Below the pieces are notes generated by a model. The model was not told where the DNA came from and made no database searches. It saw only the letters and a program-made list of their open reading frames with translations. Shown here one piece after another: positions 18,633-27,228 of a stretch of 36,103 nucleotides of DNA. The DNA lies in assembly GCA_963766075.1 (NCBI GenBank), contig CAVYAN010000043.1, positions 1 through 36,103 on the forward strand, given 5' to 3'. Within the stretch, counting starts at the first letter, position 1; each line of letters starts with the position of its first letter. Origin of the DNA: an uncultured cyanobacterium (GTDB lineage Bacteria > Cyanobacteriota > Cyanobacteriia > Leptolyngbyales > Leptolyngbyaceae). The position numbers and the translations under genes are program-made.

Positions 18633-20414
18633 CTAGGCTGCTGCAATGTGACACGAGTCCTGTTGGATAGGCACTTCAATGATGAATTCTGTGCCCTGAC
18701 CGGGGCTGGAAACACAATTGAGCTTGCCTTGGTGTTTATCCACCACCACTTGGCGCACGATCGCCAATCCTAATCCCGTGCCTTTACCCACTGCCTTGGT
18801 TGTAAATAAATGATCAAAAATCTTCTGCTGGGTATCATCTGCCATGCCAATGCCATTGTCTTTGATTCGGATCACCACTGATTTTTGGTCGCTGCTCAGC
18901 CCCGTTTTGATCGTAATTCGATTGGGATGCTCCGCCAGGAATTCGGGATTCCGCCCTTGATTGGATTCCTCCAGCGCATCGATCGCATTGGCCAGAATAT
19001 TCATAAACACTTGGTTAAGCTGACCCGGAAAGCAAGATACCGCCGGAATGTGATCATAAAGGCGCACAACGTCGATCGCGGGCCGCTTCGCATCCGCTTT
19101 CAGCCGATATTTGAGAATGAGCAGCGTACTATCAATGCCATCATGCAAATTAAAATTCACAGGATGCTCTGTGTCTGCCCTAGAAAACGTCCGTAAGCTA
19201 GTGCTGATATTTTGAACCCGCTCTGTGGCCGCTTTCATCGAGGCGATGAGTTTGGGGAGGTCTTCGACTAAAAACGCTAAGTCAATGTCTTCGGCGTGAT
19301 CTTGGATAGTAGGTGTTGGGGCGGGGTAGGCTTGTTGATAATAGTGCAAGTGTTTCAGCAGATCTTGAATATAGTCTGTTGCATTGCTGAGGCTGCCTTT
19401 GAGAAAGCCAACGGGATTGTTAATTTCGTGAGCCACCCCAGCCACTAAATTGCCCAAAGCCGACATCTTTTCCCGTTGCACCATCTGCGTTTGGGCCTGC
19501 TGCAACTCCTGTAACGCCTTTTCCAGATCTTCTGTTTGCTGCCGTAACTGTGCTTCTGACTCCAGTAACGCCGCCTCGGCTTGCTGCCGCTGGGCCACTT
19601 CTTGCTCCAGTTTTTGGTAGGCTTCAACGCGGGTGGCAGCAGCCTGAATGGTATGGGCCAGAAACTGCAATTCGTTGTCGGGCAATCCCTGCGGCATGAC
19701 AAAGCGGTCAATGCTCTGGCTTTCGGTAATGGCTTTATTCAATCGTTGCAGCGGATGCAAAACGGATCGTTGAATAATCAGCGTCATCAGGGCCAGAATT
19801 GCCGACATGCCGATGATCAGGGTCAGGGTAGACGTAGAAAAGGTTTGCCATGCTTGCTGTTGCAGCTCTTTGAGGTCGAGGATGGCGATCGCCAATCCTC
19901 GGCGATTTGCCTGACCAAACAGCGTGCTGCTAAACGGCAAAATCTCGACCAAAACGGTCTTCCCGTCTATCACTGTTCGGAAATGCGTCTCTGCCCCCGT
20001 CTGAGCCGCTTGTTCTAATACTTGCGTCAATACAGGATGAATCGAGGCGTAGGGTAAATTCTGGAGTTCTGAGCCATTCCGCGCTAGGGTTTGGCCATCA
20101 GGACTGACGATCGCCACTTCCACAACCGTTGGCAGAGTGGCGTAGTTTTGTACCACCCGCTTAATAATGCTGGTGTTGCCCAGCTCGATTAATCCTTCTG
20201 TAGAAAAACTAACTCCCTGGGTAATGGATTGGGCGCGTTGTTCTAGCTCCTGCTCCAGTTGGGATTGAATCAAGAAATAGTTTAATCCCAATGTGGTTAA
20301 ACCCACTGTGGCAAGAGAAATCCCAAACCCCACCAGCAATTGGCGAGATAGGCGACCTTTTGGGGATAGACTCTTCGAGGATAGGCGGTTACGGGATGGG
20401 CTTATGCCTTCCAT
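18633..20414 (-). CDS. Membrane sensor histidine kinase (2 TM, extracytoplasmic domain, HAMP-like linker, HisKA, HATPase)
   Basis: GVAHEINNP H-box, QVFMNILANAIDA N-box, DNGIGM, and FTTKAVGKGTGLGL. Confidence 0.95.
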   Translation of the reverse strand: MEGISPSRNRLSSKSLSPKGRLSRQLLVGFGISLATVGLTTLGLNYFLIQSQLEQELEQRAQSITQGVSFSTEGLIELGNTSIIKRVVQNYATLPTVVEVAIVSPDGQTLARNGSELQNLPYASIHPVLTQVLEQAAQTGAETHFRTVIDGKTVLVEILPFSSTLFGQANRRGLAIAILDLKELQQQAWQTFSTSTLTLIIGMSAILALMTLIIQRSVLHPLQRLNKAITESQSIDRFVMPQGLPDNELQFLAHTIQAAATRVEAYQKLEQEVAQRQQAEAALLESEAQLRQQTEDLEKALQELQQAQTQMVQREKMSALGNLVAGVAHEINNPVGFLKGSLSNATDYIQDLLKHLHYYQQAYPAPTPTIQDHAEDIDLAFLVEDLPKLIASMKAATERVQNISTSLRTFSRADTEHPVNFNLHDGIDSTLLILKYRLKADAKRPAIDVVRLYDHIPAVSCFPGQLNQVFMNILANAIDALEESNQGRNPEFLAEHPNRITIKTGLSSDQKSVVIRIKDNGIGMADDTQQKIFDHLFTTKAVGKGTGLGLAIVRQVVVDKHQGKLNCVSSPGQGTEFIIEVPIQQDSCHIAAA

Positions 20415-21460
20415 TCTGTGATTGCCTCATTGACAAGGGTTGCATCAATTTCTACGTCTTGCCGGATCACCCGACCATGACGCGGATCGGCGTGGAGCAG
20501 TTGGACAATTTCTGCTTTAGCCGAATTGAGACGCCCCCCGACAGCAAACATGCGCTGATTCAACGTAATATTCCCTTTCTTTAATCCCGCATAGTCGCTA
20601 GCAAACGACTCACTGCTTTGCCCTAGAGTTTTGCCTACAGCATTAAATACTTGGGTCGGCTGGGTTTCCACGGCATGCATCACATCAAACCACGCCAGCA
20701 TAAATTGTTTGAATTCCGCTTTTTTGGCCTTGATAATACTGTCACTGGACATCAAGGCATCAATGACCAGACTGTCTACTTGTTTGGTCGTGTAAATCAC
20801 CTGGCCCTGGATACGCTTGGCAGTGTCCCCCAGCATCGGCTCCCACAGCACGGCCGCGTCGATCGCCCCCGTCTTGATTTTCTCAGCCGCAACATCATTG
20901 GAGTAATCCAGAATCTGCACATCGGTAGGTTCAACATGATGCGCTTTTAAGGCTTCCAGCAAAATTAAGTGATTAACGGTGCCTAGCTTGGCTCCCACCT
21001 TTTTGCCCCGCAAACTTTCTACGGATTTAATCCCTGGCTTGGCAACAATGCCATCAGCTCCCGCAGAAATATTGGTCGTCAGTAACACCACAGGCTTGCC
21101 ATTGCCGGGATCAACCTGCATCACATCCCAAAAAGAAACAAATGCAGCATCTAATCCCCCGCGCATGACTGCCCGACTGGAATCTTGCTGGTTATCAAAT
21201 CGGACAAACTCAACCGCGAGCCCTCGCCGCTTGAAGATCTCTGAGGACTGGGCATAGAGGGCAACGTCAAATCCCACCCAACTGGTAATTCCAAGCCGCA
21301 GCGGTTTGAGCGATGGGGGTTGTCCCAGGCTACAGGCATTGATCATAAACGCCACAACCAGGGCGATCGCAAACAGCCCAGCAAAGGCTGGCTGGATACC
21401 TAACCTCAAATTTTGCTTCCACCGGATAATTAAGGCGCTAATCATTTGGGCAGCTTTCAT
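20402..21460 (-). CDS. NMT1/SsuA/THI5-like ABC-type substrate-binding lipoprotein
   Basis: Lipobox-like INAC, SAGADGIVA, LRGKKVG, IDAAVLWEP. Overlaps the kinase start by 13 bp. Confidence 0.88.
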   Translation of the reverse strand: MKAAQMISALIIRWKQNLRLGIQPAFAGLFAIALVVAFMINACSLGQPPSLKPLRLGITSWVGFDVALYAQSSEIFKRRGLAVEFVRFDNQQDSSRAVMRGGLDAAFVSFWDVMQVDPGNGKPVVLLTTNISAGADGIVAKPGIKSVESLRGKKVGAKLGTVNHLILLEALKAHHVEPTDVQILDYSNDVAAEKIKTGAIDAAVLWEPMLGDTAKRIQGQVIYTTKQVDSLVIDALMSSDSIIKAKKAEFKQFMLAWFDVMHAVETQPTQVFNAVGKTLGQSSESFASDYAGLKKGNITLNQRMFAVGGRLNSAKAEIVQLLHADPRHGRVIRQDVEIDATLVNEAITEWKA

Positions 21461-21481
21461 GACCTACCAACCTGCACTGTG

Positions 21482-21742
21482 AAAAACCTGTGTAAAAACC
21501 TGTGTTCAGAAGTAAGCGTTCCCCAAAATATAGGTGCTATAACGGCTATTTCCCCTCATTCTTACAAGGAGATCCATGGCCGGAAACGTTTATATCACCT
21601 GTATAAAAATTGCGAGGTAAGGTGCGAGGTAAGGGCATTCAACCTCAATATCTCTGACACTAAAATTCAGAAGGCACGTGATTTTTGCCATCACTTGGCA
21701 ACACTTTTTCAGTCCCATGACGATGCCCCAGACGATGCCCCA
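21482..21742. repeat. Three unrelated perfect 12-bp tandem duplications
   Basis: AAAAACCTGTGT x2 (21482-21505), TGCGAGGTAAGG x2 (21611-21634), GACGATGCCCCA x2 (21719-21742). Confidence 0.9.
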
Positions 21743-21812
21743 CGACGATGATATGGGATGGGGTACAGCAACGCTGACAACACAAGACGATGGACACACA
21801 ACTGTGAGGCCA

Positions 21813-23156
21813 ATGATGATTGATGCTCTAATTATTTTTACTCGGTATCCGGAAGCGGGAAAAGCCAAAACTCGGCTGATTCCTACTCTAGGTCCCGTTG
21901 GAGCCGCCGATTTACATCGGCAAATGGCGGAGCATTGCCTCAGGGAAGTGCGGCATTTTCAAACGGCCCATATGCACCGTTGTCAGGGAAAAAATTCGAG
22001 ACTGCACATCACAGTTCAATTTACGGGGGCAACCCCAACGCAAATGCAGGCGTGGTTAGGAGAGGATTTAACCTATTGCCCCCAGGCGGAAGGAGATTTG
22101 GGCGATCGCCTTGCTGTTGCCTGTCAAGCTGCCTTTGCATCAGGATGCCAGTCTGTGATGATCATCGGGACGGACTGTCCCGGCTTGAATGCATTTATTT
22201 TGGCTGAGGCTATGAAACAGCTGCAGCACCATGATCTGGTTTTAGGCCCTGCCCAGGATGGGGGATATTATCTGATCGGGCTCCGCAGGTTTGTCCCAGA
22301 ATTGTTCCAAGGGATTGCCTGGAGCACGGCAAATACCTTGGCAGAAACGGTCGCGATCGCTCGTCAGCAGCGCCTCAAAACGAAATTTCTTCCCCCTCTT
22401 AGTGATGTTGACCATCCCCAGGATTTGATCCATTGGCAACAAGCTACGGCCAAAATTTCGATCATCATCCCCACCTTAAATGAAGCGTTATCGATTGCCC
22501 AGACCCTAGCACACCTCAAAACCGCGCACACGGTGGAAGGGCATACGGTGGAAATTATTCTGGTCGATGGCGGTAGTCAGGATCAAACCGTGGCGATCGC
22601 CCAGACCCTGAAAGATCTGCCCATTAAAATTCTGTCCACCCCACCGGGACGCGCTCACCAAATGAATCAAGGAGCCCGGATGGCCACGGGAGACATTTTG
22701 CTATTCCTCCATGCCGACACGCAGCTTCCTAACCGATTTGACCTGCTCATTCGGCAGGCCCTGGCCGATCCAAAGAGGCTGGCGGGGGCATTTGCACTCC
22801 AGATTGACGCTAAACTACCTGGATTAAGGTTAGTTGAATGGCTAGCAAATTGGCGATCGCGACTTCTCTCCATGCCCTACGGCGATCAAGGAATCTTCAT
22901 CCGCACTGAGATATTCCATCAACTGGGTGGATTTCCAGAACAACCGATTATGGAAGACTATGAATTGATGTGGCGGTTGAAGCAGCAAGGCAAACCAATT
23001 ACCATAATTGCTGCCGCTGCATTGACATCAGGACGACGATGGCAACGATTTGGGGTAGTCAAGACCACCGTAATCAATCAAGCGATCATCCTTGCCTACC
23101 GCTGTGGGATTCCCCCGCAGCGCCTTGTTCAGTGGTATCGGGGGAAGAAGATTTAG
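21813..23156 (+). CDS. Fused TIGR04282 (DUF2064) and TIGR04283 (GT2) arsenosugar-biosynthesis-associated glycosyltransferase
   Basis: N-terminal half FTRYPEAGKAKTRL, GDLGDRL, IGTDCP, LGPAQDGGYYLIG, DVD. C-terminal half ISIIIPTLNEA, VDGGSQD, GRAHQMNQGA, LHADT, PYGDQGIF, MEDYEL, TSGRRW. Start uncertain. Confidence 0.88.
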   Translation: MMIDALIIFTRYPEAGKAKTRLIPTLGPVGAADLHRQMAEHCLREVRHFQTAHMHRCQGKNSRLHITVQFTGATPTQMQAWLGEDLTYCPQAEGDLGDRLAVACQAAFASGCQSVMIIGTDCPGLNAFILAEAMKQLQHHDLVLGPAQDGGYYLIGLRRFVPELFQGIAWSTANTLAETVAIARQQRLKTKFLPPLSDVDHPQDLIHWQQATAKISIIIPTLNEALSIAQTLAHLKTAHTVEGHTVEIILVDGGSQDQTVAIAQTLKDLPIKILSTPPGRAHQMNQGARMATGDILLFLHADTQLPNRFDLLIRQALADPKRLAGAFALQIDAKLPGLRLVEWLANWRSRLLSMPYGDQGIFIRTEIFHQLGGFPEQPIMEDYELMWRLKQQGKPITIIAAAALTSGRRWQRFGVVKTTVINQAIILAYRCGIPPQRLVQWYRGKKI

Positions 23157-23215
23157 AGTTTGGAGTTTAGAGTTTGGGGGTGAGATTTTGGATCAACGCT
23201 AAAACCTAAAATCAG

Positions 23216-23548
23216 CTATCGGCCCAGACCGGAAAAACAAAGCCCGTTTAACAACGCCGTAATCACCGCCCCGATCGCCATTCCTTTGACCACCGCCCGG
23301 TAGCGTCGCTTCCGAAGCACGAGCATCACCGGCAGAACGTAAAAGATCTGCATCAAACCGGGCAGAAATATTGGCATTAGCCAGGTGTAGTTGCCGAGAA
23401 ACTGTGTTAGCCAGGGGAGCTTCAGTTCGCTATTTAGCGCTCCCAGGAGCGCCACAAGCCCAAAATATCCCCAGAATGCTAGGAAATGCAGCACTGCTAC
23501 CAGTACCATGCCGCCGACTACCTTGGCCCATTCCCCCTGGCTATTCAT
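23216..23548 (-). CDS. Hypothetical small membrane protein (about 3 TM)
   Basis: Hydrophobic 110-aa ORF 33 bp downstream of mtnP on the same strand. Confidence 0.75.
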   Translation of the reverse strand: MNSQGEWAKVVGGMVLVAVLHFLAFWGYFGLVALLGALNSELKLPWLTQFLGNYTWLMPIFLPGLMQIFYVLPVMLVLRKRRYRAVVKGMAIGAVITALLNGLCFSGLGR

Positions 23549-23581
23549 GGTGCTGTGCGATCACGTGAGGTTCTATCGAGC

Positions 23582-24454
23582 TTAAATATATTTCTTCAAA
23601 AGCAGACTGAGCTTAGCTTTAGTTGTAGCTGGCACCTTATCCATTGGCGTGAGAATGGCGTATTTTAGCGCGGAATGGGCCACTGAAATAGGGGGATTGG
23701 CCGCCAGTTGCCGCACAGTTTCCTGGATCACCTTCTGGGCATTTTCTGCATTGCGGTGCAGATTGCCAATCACCATTTCCACCGTCACACTGTCGTGATC
23801 CGGATGCCAGCAGTCATAGTCCGTCACCAAAGCCAGGGTCGCATAGGCGATTTCCGCTTCACGGGCGAGTTTGGCCTCCGGTAAATTCGTCATGCCAATA
23901 ATCGTTGCGCCCCAACTGCGGTAGAGATGGGATTCAGCTTGGGTGGAAAAGGCCGGACCCTCCATACACACATAGGTGCCGCCGCGATGTAACACCACAT
24001 CGGTAAGGTTCAGACTATCCACAGCATCGGCCAGCACCTTTGCCAACTGGGGACAAACGGGGTCGCCAAAGGTAATGTGCCCCACAATGCCCTCGCCAAA
24101 AAATGTCGATACTCGGTTTTTGGTGCGATCGATAAATTGGTCAGGCACCACCATATCCAGGGGTTTGGCCTCTGCCTTTAAGGAGCCAACCGCAGAAGCA
24201 GAAATCAAATACTGCACCCCCAGGCTTTTCATGGCGTAAATATTCGCTCGGAAGGGCAATTCCGACGGCAACAGGGTGTGATTCCGTCCGTGCCGCGCCA
24301 AAAACGCTACTCGAGTACCATTCAATGTACCCACAATCAGCGCGTCCGAAGGCTTGCCAAAGGGCGTATCCACGTAGATTTCTTCTACGTCCTGCAGGGC
24401 GGCCATTTTATAGAGTCCGCTGCCGCCAATAATGCCGATCGCCGCTTCCGTCAT
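23582..24454 (-). CDS. mtnP: S-methyl-5'-thioadenosine phosphorylase
   Basis: [42 protein letters not shown] and VTDYDCW motifs. Confidence 0.95.
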   Translation of the reverse strand: MTEAAIGIIGGSGLYKMAALQDVEEIYVDTPFGKPSDALIVGTLNGTRVAFLARHGRNHTLLPSELPFRANIYAMKSLGVQYLISASAVGSLKAEAKPLDMVVPDQFIDRTKNRVSTFFGEGIVGHITFGDPVCPQLAKVLADAVDSLNLTDVVLHRGGTYVCMEGPAFSTQAESHLYRSWGATIIGMTNLPEAKLAREAEIAYATLALVTDYDCWHPDHDSVTVEMVIGNLHRNAENAQKVIQETVRQLAANPPISVAHSALKYAILTPMDKVPATTKAKLSLLLKKYI

Positions 24455-24670
24455 ACGCTTCCGCCTGAGAACAATCTTGACATTCTATAGCAATCTGCTG
24501 CGCCGCTATCACCATCGGGTCAATTTTATCTCCACCGAGTAACCGTGAATCAACCGCTGTGATCCCCCACCGATCGCGCAGAAAAAAGGTGTAGGGTGAA
24601 AGGGATCATGAGAGCCTGGATTTTCTGTGGTCTTCTTTTTCTATTGCCTTCTGCTGATCACCTTCCACGT

Positions 24671-25384
24671 ATGTCCCTGCCTATGACCCTTCACGGTGAT
24701 CCACTGCCCCGCTACGCCCCCAAACAGCAGCGCCAGAATGGCCACCAATACTACCTCAATCCCCAGGGCAAACCGTTGCCCAGCGTGAGTACGATTCTCA
24801 ATGCCACCCGTCCCGCAGAGCAATGGGACGCCCTCATGCAATGGCGACAGCAGGTGGGCCACGCCGAAGCCAATCGGATTAGCAGTACCGCCAGTCGGCG
24901 TGGCACCGGTACGCACAAACAGGCCCAGCGCTATCTCCAAGGGGAAGTGGTGCTATGTCCAGACGCAGTTAAACCTTACTGGGACAGTCTGAAGTCGGTG
25001 CTAACCGGGATAGATCAGGTGCGGCTCGTGGAAGGCTTGGTCTTCCATGGGGGATTGGGTTACGCGGGGCAAGTCGATTGTGTCGCGAGCTACGACGGCG
25101 TTCCTTGCCTGTGCGAATGGAAAACTGCCGATCGCCCCAAACAAACCGTCGATCGCTTGTATGACTATCCCCTGCAACTAGCGGCCTATTGGGGTGCTGC
25201 CAACCATTGCTATGCGACCCACGGGGTCGATTTGCACCACGCGCTGCTGGCGATCGCCATTCCCGATCACCCTGCCGAATTGTTTTGGTTTGATGCTGCG
25301 GCGCTCAGCGCCTATTGGGCTGAATGGGAACAGCGGGTTACCTTATTTTGGCGTAGACAGGGAGCCTGGACGCAAAAGCCGTGA
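24671..25384 (+). CDS. PD-(D/E)XK nuclease (phage exonuclease/MGME1-like)
   Basis: LPSVSTIL, RGTGTH, VE, YAGQVDC, EWKTA and QLAAY motifs. Start at 24671 or 24683. Confidence 0.85.
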   Translation: MSLPMTLHGDPLPRYAPKQQRQNGHQYYLNPQGKPLPSVSTILNATRPAEQWDALMQWRQQVGHAEANRISSTASRRGTGTHKQAQRYLQGEVVLCPDAVKPYWDSLKSVLTGIDQVRLVEGLVFHGGLGYAGQVDCVASYDGVPCLCEWKTADRPKQTVDRLYDYPLQLAAYWGAANHCYATHGVDLHHALLAIAIPDHPAELFWFDAAALSAYWAEWEQRVTLFWRRQGAWTQKP

Positions 25385-25422
25385 ACTGACACTGCTGTGA
25401 CCCTGACTTCTCCGTGCACTTA

Positions 25423-26301
25423 TCATCCCTGCTGCTTGAGCTCCAGCAACATTTGGCGGAGACTCTGCCGCCAGTGGGGCGGATGATCTCCCAGCAAGGG
25501 CGCAATTTTTTGGAGGGAGAGCACCGAAAACGCCGGACGACGCGCCGGGGTGGGATAGTCCGCCGTGGTAATCGGCACAACGCGCTGGATTTTCAAAGGA
25601 AAGCCCAAGGCAGCGGCTTCTTCAAAAATGGCGATCGCAAAGTCATACCAACTGGTCACGCCGCTATTGGTGTAATGATAGGTGCCTGCAGTTTCAGGAT
25701 TGAGCTGGGGTGCTAATTGGGCGATCGCGCCCGCCAAATCCCGTGCCCAAGTTGGTGCCCCAATTTGATCCGCCACCACCCGCAGTTCCTCCCGGTCCGC
25801 CCCCAATTTCAGCATCGTTTTCACAAAATTGCCTTTGCCTCGGGTGCCATAGACCCAGGCGGTGCGCAAGATGATGTGGCGATCGCAGCCCGCCCGCACC
25901 GCTTCTTCCCCCCCTAACTTCGACTCACCGTACACACCTAAAGGCCGAGTCAAGTCCATTTCGCGGTACGGTGAACTCTGACAGCCATCAAACACATAAT
26001 CTGTAGAAATGTGAATAATCCCTGCACCCATGTGCTGGGCTGCCATTGCCAAAATCCCTGGGGTTTTGCCGTTGACCTGGTGGGCCAACTCGGGTTCACT
26101 TTCAGCTTTATCCACGGCGGTATAGGCCGCCGCATTCACAATCAGGTCAGGCTGAACCGATTCCAGCAGGTGCTGCACGGCGTCAAACTGGGAAAAGTCC
26201 AAGCGATCGCGCCCCACAGACACCACCTCACCCAAAGGCGCAAGGGTCTGCTGCAATTCCTGCCCTACCTGTCCACCTGCCCCAGTTAACAGAATTTTCA
26301 T
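25423..26301 (-). CDS. rfbD: dTDP-4-dehydrorhamnose reductase
   Basis: TGAGGQVG, AAYTAVDKAESE, STDYVFDG and YGESK motifs. Confidence 0.97.
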   Translation of the reverse strand: MKILLTGAGGQVGQELQQTLAPLGEVVSVGRDRLDFSQFDAVQHLLESVQPDLIVNAAAYTAVDKAESEPELAHQVNGKTPGILAMAAQHMGAGIIHISTDYVFDGCQSSPYREMDLTRPLGVYGESKLGGEEAVRAGCDRHIILRTAWVYGTRGKGNFVKTMLKLGADREELRVVADQIGAPTWARDLAGAIAQLAPQLNPETAGTYHYTNSGVTSWYDFAIAIFEEAAALGFPLKIQRVVPITTADYPTPARRPAFSVLSLQKIAPLLGDHPPHWRQSLRQMLLELKQQG

Positions 26302-26459
26302 CGGATTTTCATCGGTAAAATTATTTCCAGGTCAGCTGCATTATCTTCGCCGCCTACCGCCGCCATGATAAGTCATTCGTCAGCCTCAGGTTTCCCAGAA
26401 CCGCCGACTCAATCTAAGCTTTAATCTCAGGCTGCCGATGTTGATGAACGCTTTTTAAT

Positions 26460-26677
26460 CAGCAATTCCAAATTCAAGGCTAGAAGGGCATTTCAGCCTC
26501 TTTGATCAGAATTAATTGCAATAATAACCCTTGTTTTTTCGATATTGACAAAACAAGAATTATGTAAGTTTCCGGAAAACGATCCGTCAAAATCTCAGTT
26601 TAGATTGCAAGAATCATGATGCCGATTATTGTAAATTCATCTGTATCCTGCAATACACTCCGAATTTTGAATTGCTG
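26460..26677. mobile_element. 218-bp MITE sharing termini with the neighbouring IS
   Basis: Left end CAGCAATTCCAAATTC. Right end on the minus strand CAGCAATTCAAAATTCGGA, 18/19 identical to the IS end at 28635. Non-coding and AT-rich. Confidence 0.78.
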
Positions 26678-26728
26678 ATAAGCTGCGGCCAAATAATTTT
26701 TTAAAAGCAGGATAAAGATGAGGCGTTT

Positions 26729-27190
26729 ATGCTATCAAGATTTGGAATGATCGCTGTGATCACTACAGCTTTAGGTTGGGTAGTTTTAGGCTATGATACG
26801 CCCGTGCATTCGCAAACTTGCTATCCTCTGCGGGTCGTGGGCGGACAGAGCACCCAAATTCAGAAGAAAGTGTCCGCTCCCGGAACGGTATTGGTTCGTA
26901 GCAATTGGAACACCGATTTTGTGGTGCCGAGTGAACAAGTCTTTAATCGATTTGCAGTCACGGTAGTGCCCAAAAATGGGGGTGAATACAAGCTTCAGAT
27001 GTCGCTTAAATATAATAACGATACAGCCGATCAAGTGTATAATCAGACTGCTAAATTACCCGAGGGTAGGCCCTTTACCATGGCTGGCCCCAAGCGGAAC
27101 AATGCCACCCCCTATCAAGTGAATGTGAGTGTGGGCGGTTTGGCCGCAGTGGGGAATAGCTATACGGTGTCAGCGGTGGGATGTAATTAA
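26729..27190 (+). CDS. Secreted beta-rich hypothetical protein with terminal Cys pair
   Basis: GAGG upstream; signal peptide (VHS-QT); Cys near both mature termini. Confidence 0.82.
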   Translation: MLSRFGMIAVITTALGWVVLGYDTPVHSQTCYPLRVVGGQSTQIQKKVSAPGTVLVRSNWNTDFVVPSEQVFNRFAVTVVPKNGGEYKLQMSLKYNNDTADQVYNQTAKLPEGRPFTMAGPKRNNATPYQVNVSVGGLAAVGNSYTVSAVGCN

Positions 27191-27228
27191 ACCGCAAGGC
27201 AAAGGGGGAACTAACCAGTAGGTGTTGC

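Noticed and set aside
21461..21812. TPP or other riboswitch upstream of the NMT1-type gene
   Set aside because: No recognisable aptamer consensus on the minus strand by eye; an Infernal/Rfam scan would be decisive.
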